Made by a program: the position numbers and the translations under genes | The notes under the pieces: generated by a model | Seen by the model: only the letters and a program-made list of their open reading frames with translations | What the model was told of the DNA's origin: nothing | The model's database searches: none | NCBI GenBank assembly: GCA_016180955.1 | Contig: JACPAD010000001.1 | Span: 8,527 to 72,526 of the forward strand | Source: Candidatus Zambryskiibacteriota bacterium | Lineage (GTDB): Bacteria; Patescibacteriota; Minisyncoccia; Phycocordibacterales; Zambryskibacteraceae | Reading direction: 5' to 3' | Length of the DNA stretch: 64,000 nt | Part shown: piece after piece, positions 42,729-51,561 of the stretch | How the letters are laid out: every line of letters starts with the position of its first letter | How positions within the stretch are numbered: the first letter of the stretch is position 1

Positions 42729-43397
42729 ATGGTTGATTCGAAGAAATATCTAGTGGCTTTTATTATTACCGCACTCATCTTTGGCACGGCTGTTTTGGCA
42801 AGCTCACTCTTGACCAATAAAAAGGTCAAAGACGTACGTGCTATTGAAAATAGAGTGGCTCTTGACATCCTTTCCTCCGAAACCCAATTTGCTCTCTTGG
42901 CCGAGACTTCCTGCCGCGACATCGGGCCCGGATTTTTATCTAAAGAATTAGGACCTCTAGGCGAAAAGCTCTCTTATGCCGAGAACTCGACTGGCTTTAA
43001 TACCGAAGATGTTGAATCCCTTAAGCGCTCATACTTTCTCCTTGAAATCAAAGATTATCTTCTGATGAAGCGCCTGACAGAGAAATGTAATATCAAACCG
43101 ACCTTTATCCTCTACTTCTATTCGACTGAAGATAAATGCGAGGATTGTGAACGCATGGGTTACGTCCTTACTGCGCTCCGCGACAAATATCCGGACCTGC
43201 GCGTTTACTCTTTCGATTATCACTATGACCTCGGCGCCATCCAGACTCTTACTTCTATCTATAAGGTCAAGTTCGAGTTGCCCGCACTCATCATAAATGG
43301 TGCACCGTATTATGGTTTCAAATCAGTCGAGGAGTTGGAAACCTCAATCCCAGCTCTAAGCTCACGACAAGCTGCTACCTCGACCCCAAACAGATAA
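42729..43397 (+). CDS. Membrane-anchored thioredoxin-fold-like protein (CEDC motif)
   Basis: N-terminal TM helix. FILYFYSTEDKCEDCERMGYVL resembles a thioredoxin CxxC context. Confidence 0.5.
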   Translation: MVDSKKYLVAFIITALIFGTAVLASSLLTNKKVKDVRAIENRVALDILSSETQFALLAETSCRDIGPGFLSKELGPLGEKLSYAENSTGFNTEDVESLKRSYFLLEIKDYLLMKRLTEKCNIKPTFILYFYSTEDKCEDCERMGYVLTALRDKYPDLRVYSFDYHYDLGAIQTLTSIYKVKFELPALIINGAPYYGFKSVEELETSIPALSSRQAATSTPNR

Positions 43398-43399
43398 TG

Positions 43400-43470
43400 A
43401 GCCGACGAGGTGAATCGGACACCTGTATGCGGTTTACAAAACCGCTGCTCTACCACTGAGCTACGTCGGC
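43400..43470 (-). tRNA. tRNA-Thr (anticodon UGU), no encoded CCA
   Basis: Hand-folded: GCCGACG/CGTCGGC acceptor, GCTC/GAGC D-stem, GCGGT-TTTGTAA-ACCGC anticodon arm, AGGTG-TCCGATT-CACCT T-arm, 71 nt. Confidence 0.9.
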
Positions 43471-43490
43471 GACGCGATTAATATAACACA

Positions 43491-43976
43491 TTACTCTTGC
43501 TCTATCACAACAATCCTTTTCTTTCTTGGAGTGGATCTTTTTCCGACAATTTCCTCGGCTGGAATTGTTATTTCCTCTGCCCTCTCTTCATAAACGTCGT
43601 GGAGCTCGCCATTGCCCTTCTCTATATCGGAAATGTTTTTGAAAAATTCAGAAATGCCTTCAGACTTTTTTAAAAGCCGCGCATTCCTCATGTTTCCCGC
43701 GTATTTTTCCGAAATCTCTTTGATATAGGCTATAAATTTATTCCAGAAGTTTTTGGCTCGCATTGGCAGCTGCTTCTTGATCCAAAAGGCAGTCAGCTCC
43801 TTACCTTCCGAATATAAGCGCAATACCTTGTGGTGATAATTTCTTATGCGCTCGTCTCCGCGCGAAATCAGTTTAAGAAAAAAGACACTCGTCTTTTTTC
43901 TCTCCTCAAGTCTCTTGCTGACGAAGAGTGTTGCCAAAACCAGTCCCGAAAAAGTAAAGAGAGTGAACGAAAACAT
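43491..43976 (-). CDS. Hypothetical membrane-anchored protein
   Basis: Start moved to ATG 43976 (MFSFTLFTFSGLVLATLF) directly after the tsf stop. No domain recognised. Confidence 0.4.
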   Translation of the reverse strand: MFSFTLFTFSGLVLATLFVSKRLEERKKTSVFFLKLISRGDERIRNYHHKVLRLYSEGKELTAFWIKKQLPMRAKNFWNKFIAYIKEISEKYAGNMRNARLLKKSEGISEFFKNISDIEKGNGELHDVYEERAEEITIPAEEIVGKRSTPRKKRIVVIEQE

Positions 43977-43977
43977 C

Positions 43978-44430
43978 CTAATTGATAGAGTAACGTACAA
44001 AACGGCCCACCTCGGTGCGTTCGCCGAATTTCTGTATGGTGCCGTTGACGAGGTCGCCCACAGTCTCGCCACTGCCTTTGATAAACGGTTGGCCTAAGAG
44101 TTCGCCGACGTCAACCGGAGACATGGCGGCGATATGCATGGCGATATTCTTCGCCACTGATTTGAATTCCAGAGACTTCGCTACGAAGTCTGTCTCACAG
44201 AGAAGTTCTACCATGGCCCCCACACAGTCTCCCGTGTGAATATAAGAGGAGACTACTCCCGCGCCTAAAATACGGTCCGCTTTCTTCGCCGCTATAGCTG
44301 CACCTTTTTCTCTAAGAATATTGATGGCCTTGGCCTTGTCGCCTAGGGCCTCTTCAAGCGCCTTCTGGCACTGCATGATGGAAAGGCCCGTCTCTTCCCT
44401 AAGCTGTTTAATCTGTTCTGTTGATATCAT
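43978..44430 (-). CDS. tsf: Elongation factor Ts (short, 150 aa)
   Basis: UBA-like N-terminus IKQLREETGLSIMQCQKALEEA. Downstream of rpsB. Confidence 0.9.
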   Translation of the reverse strand: MISTEQIKQLREETGLSIMQCQKALEEALGDKAKAINILREKGAAIAAKKADRILGAGVVSSYIHTGDCVGAMVELLCETDFVAKSLEFKSVAKNIAMHIAAMSPVDVGELLGQPFIKGSGETVGDLVNGTIQKFGERTEVGRFVRYSIN

Positions 44431-45160
44431 TTTGTTCTTTGTCTGCTTTTAGAGCCAAGCCCTTTTTATAAGCTTCGACCAGTTTTTCTACAATGAAAGA
44501 GATGCTTTGGCGCGAAGCATCATTGCCCGGAATAGGGTAGTCAACTTCGTAAAGGTTGGAGTCAGAGCCAGCTAGCGCCACGACCGGAATATTCATTTTG
44601 CGGGCTTCGGATACAGCAATATTTTCTTTCTTCGGGTCGATGATGATAAGAAGTTTCGGCAAAGATTTCAAATTAGTGACACCACCGAAATGGAGCTGGA
44701 GCTTCTCTATCTCGCGGTCGATAAGCAGACGCTCCTTCTTGGTGTACTTGGCGAGCTCGCCTCTCTCGCGCTGGCTGGTCAGTTCCTCAAGACGTATGAT
44801 GCGCTTTTTAATCTCTGTAAAATTCGTAAGAGTACCTCCTATCCAGCGGCCGGCAACGTATGGCATCTGGAGTTCCTTGCCGGCCTTGATTGTGGCCTCA
44901 CGCGCCTCGCTCTTGCCGCCGACAAATAGGACCGGAGCCCCCTCCTTGCCCTTGCTTTCTACGAATTCAAAAGCTTTTGCCAGTTCTTGCGAGGTCTTCT
45001 CTAAGTCGAAGATCTCAATCTTGTTTTTAGTACCGAAAATAAACGGCTTGGCCGAAGGGTGCCGGCGGCTTTTGATGAAGCCGAAATGGGCCCCGACAGA
45101 AAAAAGTGCGTCAACGACGCTATCTTTGTCGTTTTTTAAAATGTTATTTACTTTCTCCAC
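44408..45160 (-). CDS. rpsB: 30S ribosomal protein S2
   Basis: GAHFGFIKSRRHPSAKPFIFG and VDYPIPGNDAS motifs. GTG start. Overlaps tsf by 23 nt. Confidence 0.95.
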   Translation of the reverse strand: MEKVNNILKNDKDSVVDALFSVGAHFGFIKSRRHPSAKPFIFGTKNKIEIFDLEKTSQELAKAFEFVESKGKEGAPVLFVGGKSEAREATIKAGKELQMPYVAGRWIGGTLTNFTEIKKRIIRLEELTSQRERGELAKYTKKERLLIDREIEKLQLHFGGVTNLKSLPKLLIIIDPKKENIAVSEARKMNIPVVALAGSDSNLYEVDYPIPGNDASRQSISFIVEKLVEAYKKGLALKADKEQNDINRTD

Positions 45161-45201
45161 AAGTGTCCAGTCTAGCAGAAAGTATGCCTATAGACAACCC
45201 T

Positions 45202-45867
45202 TCACTGCTGAAAGTTTCCATTGCTCTTATAAAATTGTGAAAAACGGATTATTCCAAACTGGTCTTTATGAGAGCTTAAGTACATAGGATGTTGTGAGAA
45301 ATTTTTTACCTGCTCTGGTTCATGTTCTATAAAAAGGATGCCTTTGTCATTGAGATACGCTCCCGCTTTGGAAATAATTTCTTTGATTATCTCCATCCCC
45401 TCTTTGCCGCCATATAATGCTTTTCTTGGCTCATACAGCATTACGCTTTTTTGTACTCTATGTTGAAGTTCCGGATCTATATAAGGCGGATTCGATAAAA
45501 TAAAATCGTATGAATCATGAACCTGCTCAAATAAATCCCCGCCGAAAATTCTGGTGCGGGAAGAGTCGAGTTTATTCTCCCGGATATTTTTCCCGATTGT
45601 TTTATGATGACTTTCTTCTATCTCGACAAAGTCGACAAATGCTTCTGGAATTTCTTTCAATACGGCAACTCCAATACAGCCGGAGCCGGCACAAAGATCG
45701 AGGATTCTTGGTTCCTTTATTTCACTCTTCTTGACCTCTTGTATAGCTTGATTAACCCAGTATTCCGTTTCTGTTCTTGGAATAAGAGGCCTGGAATCAA
45801 GATAAATCTCGGTGTGTATAAAAGGTATCCATCCGAGGGTGTATGCCAAGGGCTCAGTTTCCGACAT
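45202..45867 (-). CDS. prmC: Release-factor glutamine N5-methyltransferase PrmC/HemK (short)
   Basis: [13 protein letters not shown] motif and NPPY. Follows prfA with a 14-nt overlap. Confidence 0.8.
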   Translation of the reverse strand: MSETEPLAYTLGWIPFIHTEIYLDSRPLIPRTETEYWVNQAIQEVKKSEIKEPRILDLCAGSGCIGVAVLKEIPEAFVDFVEIEESHHKTIGKNIRENKLDSSRTRIFGGDLFEQVHDSYDFILSNPPYIDPELQHRVQKSVMLYEPRKALYGGKEGMEIIKEIISKAGAYLNDKGILFIEHEPEQVKNFSQHPMYLSSHKDQFGIIRFSQFYKSNGNFQQ

Positions 45868-46699
45868 TTTGGAATGCCTCTAAAATAGGTTCTATCTCCC
45901 CTTTCATAATGCGCTCAATATTATGCCAAGATTCTTTGACGCGGTGGTCGGTGATACGGTCTTGAAGAACGTTGTATGTGCGAATCTTCTCTGAACGGTC
46001 GGCGGTACCGATTTGACTTCTGCGCTCGCCTGCATATTTTAACGCCTCTTCTTCTTCTTTAAGTTTTTCGAGCTTGGCGATAAGGATACTCATGGCCATC
46101 TCGCGATTTTTAAGCTGGCTTCTCTGGGCCGTTGAACGGACATCGATGCCGGTCGGCTTATGGATGATGCGTACGGCAGTCTCAAGCTTGTTAACGTTCT
46201 GCCCGCCGGCACCGCCGGAACGCGAGGTTTCTATTTCAAGGTCAGAAGGCTTAATTTCGATAGTAGTTTTCTTCCTCACTGGCAATATCGCTACTGAAGC
46301 AGTTGAGGTATGCACTCTACCCGTCTTCTCGGTTTCCGGCACTCGTTGGATGCGATGCACGCCGGTCTCAAAACGTAATTTTCTATAAGCATCTTTCCCG
46401 TGAATCTCAAAGGCTAACTTGTCTATTTCCGCTATCATCCACCCTTGCTTTCTGGCATAAGCTATATACATCTCTGCCAGTTCTTCGGCAAAAAGGGCCG
46501 CTTCTTCCCCTCCGGCTCCGGCCCGAACCTCAAGAATTATTTCATCCGGAAACTCGACGTCTTCACTTACTGTCTCGCCCTCGAGAACCTTATCCATCTC
46601 AGCGAGAATCATCCGTTTAGATTCTTCATCAGTAAGTTCTTCGTATGTTTTGGCAAGATATGCGGTTTTTGGATTTTTCTTGTATTTCTCTATGTCCAT
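45854..46699 (-). CDS. prfA: Peptide chain release factor 1 (N-terminally short, 281 aa)
   Basis: GGQ ([11 protein letters not shown]) and RF1-type P-x-T ([14 protein letters not shown]). Confidence 0.85.
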   Translation of the reverse strand: MDIEKYKKNPKTAYLAKTYEELTDEESKRMILAEMDKVLEGETVSEDVEFPDEIILEVRAGAGGEEAALFAEELAEMYIAYARKQGWMIAEIDKLAFEIHGKDAYRKLRFETGVHRIQRVPETEKTGRVHTSTASVAILPVRKKTTIEIKPSDLEIETSRSGGAGGQNVNKLETAVRIIHKPTGIDVRSTAQRSQLKNREMAMSILIAKLEKLKEEEEALKYAGERRSQIGTADRSEKIRTYNVLQDRITDHRVKESWHNIERIMKGEIEPILEAFQNVGN

Positions 46700-46986
46700 T
46701 ACTTCTTAGCTTTTGCCCTTTTTGCCTTGAAGCGTTCGACGCGCCCGGCGATATCGAGAACTTTTTCCTGACCGGTGTAGAATGGATGGGTAGCGGAAGA
46801 GATTTCCACGCGAAAGACAGGATACTCTTTCTTATCCCCGCCCGACCGACCGTCCGGTCGGGCGGGCTTTTTAGGTCTCGCGGTCTCGGTAGTTTTGACT
46901 GTCGAAGGAATAACAAATTCTGTCCCGTCAGAGTTGTCAATAAAAAGCACCGGTCTATAATTGTCTGGGTGAATACCTTTTTTCAT
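46699..46986 (-). CDS. rpmE: 50S ribosomal protein L31 (type B-like, with about 12-aa internal insert)
   Basis: [10 protein letters not shown]... and THPFYTG. No CxxC pair. Insert [15 protein letters not shown]. Confidence 0.85.
   Translation of the reverse strand: MKKGIHPDNYRPVLFIDNSDGTEFVIPSTVKTTETARPKKPARPDGRSGGDKKEYPVFRVEISSATHPFYTGQEKVLDIAGRVERFKAKRAKAKK
46837..46872. repeat. Perfect 12-bp GC palindrome (CCCGCCCGACCG-accgtc-CGGTCGGGCGGG) plus T5, embedded in frame in rpmE
   Basis: Read directly. On the plus (antisense) strand it looks like an intrinsic terminator. On the coding strand it encodes [13 protein letters not shown]. Confidence 0.6.
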
Positions 46987-47012
46987 GTTTGAGAGCCAAT
47001 AATATCAGTGAA

Positions 47013-48374
47013 TTAAACTCCCTGCAAGAAGTCAATATCGCGCTGGATAGTGCTGACTCGGCTCATCACTTGGTTGCCGTAGCTCAAGCCTCGGCCGGTT
47101 CTGCCGCCCACATAACAAGTCTGGCCGGAATAATAGCGGCAGGCGGCGGTGCGCTGGTCAATGTAGGAGTCGCCGGTGTTGCCTATGATATCCTTCAGAA
47201 AAAGTGCCATAGCCATGATAGCGTCTTGCGGGTTCCAGGGATTCGGGGTAGCTTTGCCCAAAGCCGCTCCCACCTTATCCTCCATAAGACTCCAGGTCGA
47301 AGGGATGAACTGCGCCGGCCCCATAGCTCCGCCATAACCGATGGAGAGCGGGCAGGAAACTTTTGTCTGGAATGGGTCCCCGCCGAGTTTATTGAGAATG
47401 GACTGGAGTATCGGCAGGTCGCGGGCCGGGTGAATGCCGTTTCTGAAAATAGTGCCGTTTCTGATACTTCTGGTCTCTCCGCTTGAAAGATTGGTAATGA
47501 CGCATGAACCGACGTTTGCTCCCAAGTTTGACTCTTGCTGGAGAATAGCGAGAATGAGGGCCGATGATACTCCGGTCTTGTTGCTTGCCGCTTCAGCGTA
47601 CTCTAAAGCAGTGCCGAAAGGAATCGCTCCCGCGTCACGCAGTGGGAAGAGTACGGAGCGTATTTGGGCCGCCTTAGCTTGTTTGTCGGCAAGCACTTGA
47701 GCGTAAGTCTTCTCGTTATTCTTGCTTACCGCAAGTAAAGTTTTTTTCTCCGCTTGGTCTCTTTCCACCTGTTTTTTAGATGCCTCCAAGAGTGCACGAG
47801 CGGCGGATTCCTCCTCTTTCTTTTTATTCAAAGCGGCTTTTTCTGCTTCCGTCAATGAACGGGTTTCCCGCAGTTCGGCAAAGAGGTTCTCCAGTGCATT
47901 TTCGGTCGAGGCGTAAGTATCGATATCTACGAAAAAGTCCGAGATGTTTTCTCCGGAGAGTGCTACCTCGACGAGCGAGTAGGAATTAATGTCATTAGTC
48001 TTCCGCAATATATCGGCGATGGCGCGTTTGCCGGTCTCGATGCGGTTATTGAGAACCGTTATCTTAGATTCTTTAACAGCGATATCTTTGGAAAGATTCG
48101 AGATGGCGATATTTTTTGCTTTGATGTTGGCTTGGGCGGCGTTAATCTTGGCTGTGAGAGCTGCCACGTCTCGGGCAAAGGAGGCGGACTGCTCCCTGGT
48201 CTGATTAAGGGTTTGAGTCCATTCTTCGATCTCACGGTTACATTGCTCAAGCTCGGCTTCTAATTGGGCTCGAGATTTACCGGAAGTTTCGGCCGTACAA
48301 GCAGACTGGGCTGTTGCTACGATAGGTAGCACTGCTACTAAAAGTGCTATAAGAAATGTTAAGAGCTTTTTCAT
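47013..48374 (-). CDS. Secreted coiled-coil protein with C-terminal lytic transglycosylase (SLT-like) domain
   Basis: Signal peptide, long coiled coil, LAILQQESNLG (catalytic Glu) and GAMGPAQFIPSTW. Confidence 0.7.
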   Translation of the reverse strand: MKKLLTFLIALLVAVLPIVATAQSACTAETSGKSRAQLEAELEQCNREIEEWTQTLNQTREQSASFARDVAALTAKINAAQANIKAKNIAISNLSKDIAVKESKITVLNNRIETGKRAIADILRKTNDINSYSLVEVALSGENISDFFVDIDTYASTENALENLFAELRETRSLTEAEKAALNKKKEEESAARALLEASKKQVERDQAEKKTLLAVSKNNEKTYAQVLADKQAKAAQIRSVLFPLRDAGAIPFGTALEYAEAASNKTGVSSALILAILQQESNLGANVGSCVITNLSSGETRSIRNGTIFRNGIHPARDLPILQSILNKLGGDPFQTKVSCPLSIGYGGAMGPAQFIPSTWSLMEDKVGAALGKATPNPWNPQDAIMAMALFLKDIIGNTGDSYIDQRTAACRYYSGQTCYVGGRTGRGLSYGNQVMSRVSTIQRDIDFLQGV

Positions 48375-48382
48375 CTAAATTT

Positions 48383-48474
48383 CTAATTAACCTAATTGCT
48401 CTAATTACTCTAATTACTCTAAACAAATCCCAATTTAGAATAATTAGGAATTAGAATAATTAGGTTAATTGCTC
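48383..48474. repeat. AT-rich tandem 9-mers (CTAATTnCT x4-5) forming the left arm of a roughly 40-bp imperfect inverted repeat
   Basis: Left arm 48383-48423, right arm 48433-48474 (extends into the rplY 3' end), spacer aaatccc. Confidence 0.5.
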
Positions 48475-49122
48475 CGGCTTTTGTTCCTCAATTTCCCCTG
48501 CCGGAGCCTCCTCTTTACCCTTCTTCTCTACCTCGATAGCTGATAGGTCTATCGGTGCTGCTTCCTCCTCCTTCTCCTCTCGCGGAGCGGCGACGGTGGC
48601 CACAACTTCTTCTGATTTTTCTTTTAGTTCCACACCGGCAGGAAGTTTAAGATCCTTTGCCAATATCTGGTCGCCGAAATTGATGAGCGGACTGATGTCA
48701 ATGGTGATGTTGTGAGGCAAATCTTTAGGCATTGCTTCCACTTTAATTTCATGGAGAACCTTCACCAGCGCGCCACCGAGATCTTTGATAGCCGATGAGA
48801 CGCCCTCGAATTCGATAGGCAGTGCCACTTCAACCTTGTGGCCCTTTTCGAAGACGTAAAAGTCCGCATGGCGCGGAGCTCCGGTAACAGGGTCTAGGTC
48901 AACGTCATGGATTAGGCTTTCTTTAGTACCGCCGGGAATATCAAGCGTTACCACGCTTGACTCCCCCGCCTCATGCCACACTTTCAGAAAATCAACCTGA
49001 CGGATTGAGATAGGCGTACTAGCTTGCCTTTTACCGTAAAAGACTGCGGGCACCTTTCCCGCTTTTCTGATTGCCGCCGGTTTTGTCTTAGTATTCCGTA
49101 TCTCTGCCTTTAAGGTAAGCAT
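48460..49122 (-). CDS. rplY: 50S ribosomal protein L25 / Ctc form
   Basis: GKVPAVFYGK and HDVDLDPVTG motifs. Acidic C-terminal tail. Confidence 0.9.
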   Translation of the reverse strand: MLTLKAEIRNTKTKPAAIRKAGKVPAVFYGKRQASTPISIRQVDFLKVWHEAGESSVVTLDIPGGTKESLIHDVDLDPVTGAPRHADFYVFEKGHKVEVALPIEFEGVSSAIKDLGGALVKVLHEIKVEAMPKDLPHNITIDISPLINFGDQILAKDLKLPAGVELKEKSEEVVATVAAPREEKEEEAAPIDLSAIEVEKKGKEEAPAGEIEEQKPEQLT

Positions 49123-49131
49123 AGACCCATT

Positions 49132-50706
49132 TTAGCTCGTTTCTATGTGATTTTCAAGGTACTCTAGAGTGCCATTAACTTTTTTGTTGGGATTAAAGAT
49201 ATTTTGCGGGTCAAAGATTTGCTTAACTTTTTTGAAAAGCTCGAGCACTTCCGGAGAGTACATTTTGTCCAAATATGGGGTGCGAATGATACCGTCGTTA
49301 TGCTCCCCCGTTATCGAACCATGATACTGCGATACCAGATCATAAAATTTATTCGCTACTGGTATAAGTTTCTTTCTCTCGCTCTCAAGTTTAAGGTTCA
49401 TCAATGGGATTATGTGGAAATTACCGTTGCCGGCGTGGCCGGCAATGTTTACGTCAATATCGTAGTCTTCAAGAATTTTCTTAGCTTTAGGCAAAAACTC
49501 CGGCACCTTCTCTACCGGAATACAGAAGTCATCAATAAACGGCGCTGTGCGCTTGTTCTTCACATGCTCGCGCAAAAGATTGAATGACTCACGCCTAACT
49601 ATCCAGAATTTTTCTTCTTCAGAATCCTTCTCTACTACTCTATGCCAGACTTTAAATAGTCTTAAACTCTCGAGTATCCCCTTTACCTTCCTCTTTACTT
49701 CACTCTCGCTTTCTTCGGCAATCTCGACCAGCACTACAAGCTCTGGCAACCCGCCCATCTTGATTCCGATAAACGCTTCGGGCAAAAACTTGGCGGCAAA
49801 TGAAAATAGGTTTGATCCGGTTTTCTTGGCGATCTCCGGCATGAAGCGGATACCGAGCTTGATAGTGTCTTTGTCAAAAGTTTCTAAACTCTCCGGCTCA
49901 TAAGGCAGGAGTGTATTAACCACCCCCGGCATATCGTCCCAAGAGCTAAAGAAAATCGCGATAAGGTCGTGATGTGCTTTAACGGGTACCAAACTAACCT
50001 TAGCTTCAGTCATGATGCCTAGTGTGCCCTGCGAACCGACCAGAAGCTTATTGAGATCAAAAACTTCTCCCCCCGTGTTCAAAGCTCGACTTAGAACATT
50101 CCAAAGGTAATAGCCGGCAGAGTTTTTAGAAACTTTTGGTTTGGCATTCTTTATAATTTCTCTATTCTGCTTAATAAGTTCGAATATTCTTTTACTGTAC
50201 TCGTTATCAATGGCACCCCTTTTTATTACATACTCGTTACCATCGGCAAAGACCCACTTGGATTCGACGACGAAGTTCTCCATCTTGCCATAACGAAGCG
50301 ACATCTGCCCTCCACAGTTATTGGCGATCATGCCGCCTAAAGCGCAGAGATTTTTCGAAGCGGTATAGCATGGCAGAATAAGCTTTTTTGCCAGAGTTCT
50401 CTTCTCAAAATCTCTATAGAAGGCGCCAGGTTCGACGCTCGTGCCTTCCGCATCTATCTCCCCTATCTTATTTATATATTTTGTAACGTCGACAATAATT
50501 GATTCATTAAGCGGTCCTCCTGTCATGTCCGTTCCTCCGGCGCGGACCGTTAAACTCTCCTTATGTTCGGTGGCAAATTTTACTAATTTTTTTATATCCT
50601 CAACATTTTTGGGAAAGGCGACAAATTTCGGCAAAACTCGGAACAAACTAGCATCCCGGCTATAACCCTCGAGAACCTTCGGATCGTTATTGAGTAAGTT
50701 CTCCAT
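49132..50706 (-). CDS. FAD-linked oxidase (GlcD / D-lactate dehydrogenase family)
   Basis: FAD_binding_4-type VRAGGTDMTGG. C-terminal GSITGEHNDG. Confidence 0.8.
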   Translation of the reverse strand: MENLLNNDPKVLEGYSRDASLFRVLPKFVAFPKNVEDIKKLVKFATEHKESLTVRAGGTDMTGGPLNESIIVDVTKYINKIGEIDAEGTSVEPGAFYRDFEKRTLAKKLILPCYTASKNLCALGGMIANNCGGQMSLRYGKMENFVVESKWVFADGNEYVIKRGAIDNEYSKRIFELIKQNREIIKNAKPKVSKNSAGYYLWNVLSRALNTGGEVFDLNKLLVGSQGTLGIMTEAKVSLVPVKAHHDLIAIFFSSWDDMPGVVNTLLPYEPESLETFDKDTIKLGIRFMPEIAKKTGSNLFSFAAKFLPEAFIGIKMGGLPELVVLVEIAEESESEVKRKVKGILESLRLFKVWHRVVEKDSEEEKFWIVRRESFNLLREHVKNKRTAPFIDDFCIPVEKVPEFLPKAKKILEDYDIDVNIAGHAGNGNFHIIPLMNLKLESERKKLIPVANKFYDLVSQYHGSITGEHNDGIIRTPYLDKMYSPEVLELFKKVKQIFDPQNIFNPNKKVNGTLEYLENHIETS

Positions 50707-51544
50707 TGAACACGCGTAATTTACTGATAACTACCTTCTTCATATCCTCTACCGCCTCCTGCATAAATTTATAAGGCGCCACTTCGCCACTCTTAACCGC
50801 CTCCGCCAGACCTTCTTTGTAAGCCAATCGCAGCTCGGTATTGATATGAATAATTCTCACTCCGGCATCAATAGCGTTGATAAACTCATCGTCCTTATTG
50901 CCGGAACCGCCATGGAGCACCAAAGGAATGCCAACAGCTTGGCGAATGGCTCTGATACGTTCAATATTTAATTTAGGCTCGCCTGTTTTTACAATGCCAT
51001 GCACATTGCCAACAGACGGAGCCAGAAGGTCGATGCCAGTTTGTTCCACGAATTTCTTTGCGTCCTCCGGTTTGGTTTGAGTTTCTTCCGAGACTCCATC
51101 AGGAATAGTGTCCAAAACTTTCGAAGACTTGCCAATAAAGCCGAGCTCGCCTTCAACTAAAATTTCCGGATTTTTTAATCGGGCGTAGGCGACAATTTCT
51201 TTTGTCATCCTGACATTCTCCTCAAAAGATTTTTCTGCCGCATCGATAATGACACTATCGACCCCGGCATCGATAGCCGCCTTAGCCTTCTCGACCGAAT
51301 AGGTGTGGTCAGCGTTGATGAATACCGGCAAACCGTTGCCTCTGGCAATCTTGACTAGAGCCACTATTTCTTCGAGTCCGATAAATTCTCTCTCTCCCTC
51401 CGAGACGCCAATGATGACAGGAACTTGAAGCCCTTTAGCCGCTTCGACTACCGCCTTGAATCCCTCCGAGTCCGATATGTTGAAATGCCCGATGGCAACT
51501 CGCTTTTCCTCTGTCCAAGAGAGCCATTCACGCAGTGATTTCAT
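50687..51544 (-). CDS. fba: Class II fructose-bisphosphate aldolase
   Basis: AIGHFNISD and LVLHGGSG motifs. TAAAAT (51556-51551) 6 nt before the ATG. Confidence 0.9.
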   Translation of the reverse strand: MKSLREWLSWTEEKRVAIGHFNISDSEGFKAVVEAAKGLQVPVIIGVSEGEREFIGLEEIVALVKIARGNGLPVFINADHTYSVEKAKAAIDAGVDSVIIDAAEKSFEENVRMTKEIVAYARLKNPEILVEGELGFIGKSSKVLDTIPDGVSEETQTKPEDAKKFVEQTGIDLLAPSVGNVHGIVKTGEPKLNIERIRAIRQAVGIPLVLHGGSGNKDDEFINAIDAGVRIIHINTELRLAYKEGLAEAVKSGEVAPYKFMQEAVEDMKKVVISKLRVFNGELTQ

Positions 51545-51561
51545 GTTATAATTTTAACACA

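Noticed and set aside
44556-45287. Long antisense ORFs (243 aa opposite rpsB; also 37857-38657 opposite gyrB, 32141-32728 opposite copB, 20548-21024 opposite ctp)
   Set aside because: They have Ser/Pro/Arg-rich low-complexity translations, lie fully inside well-supported genes on the other strand and have no start-site signals.
48383-48423. Tandem 9-mers as a possible CRISPR or minisatellite
   Set aside because: The units are 9 nt with no spacers and there are no cas genes. They form one arm of an inverted repeat. This is not a CRISPR array.
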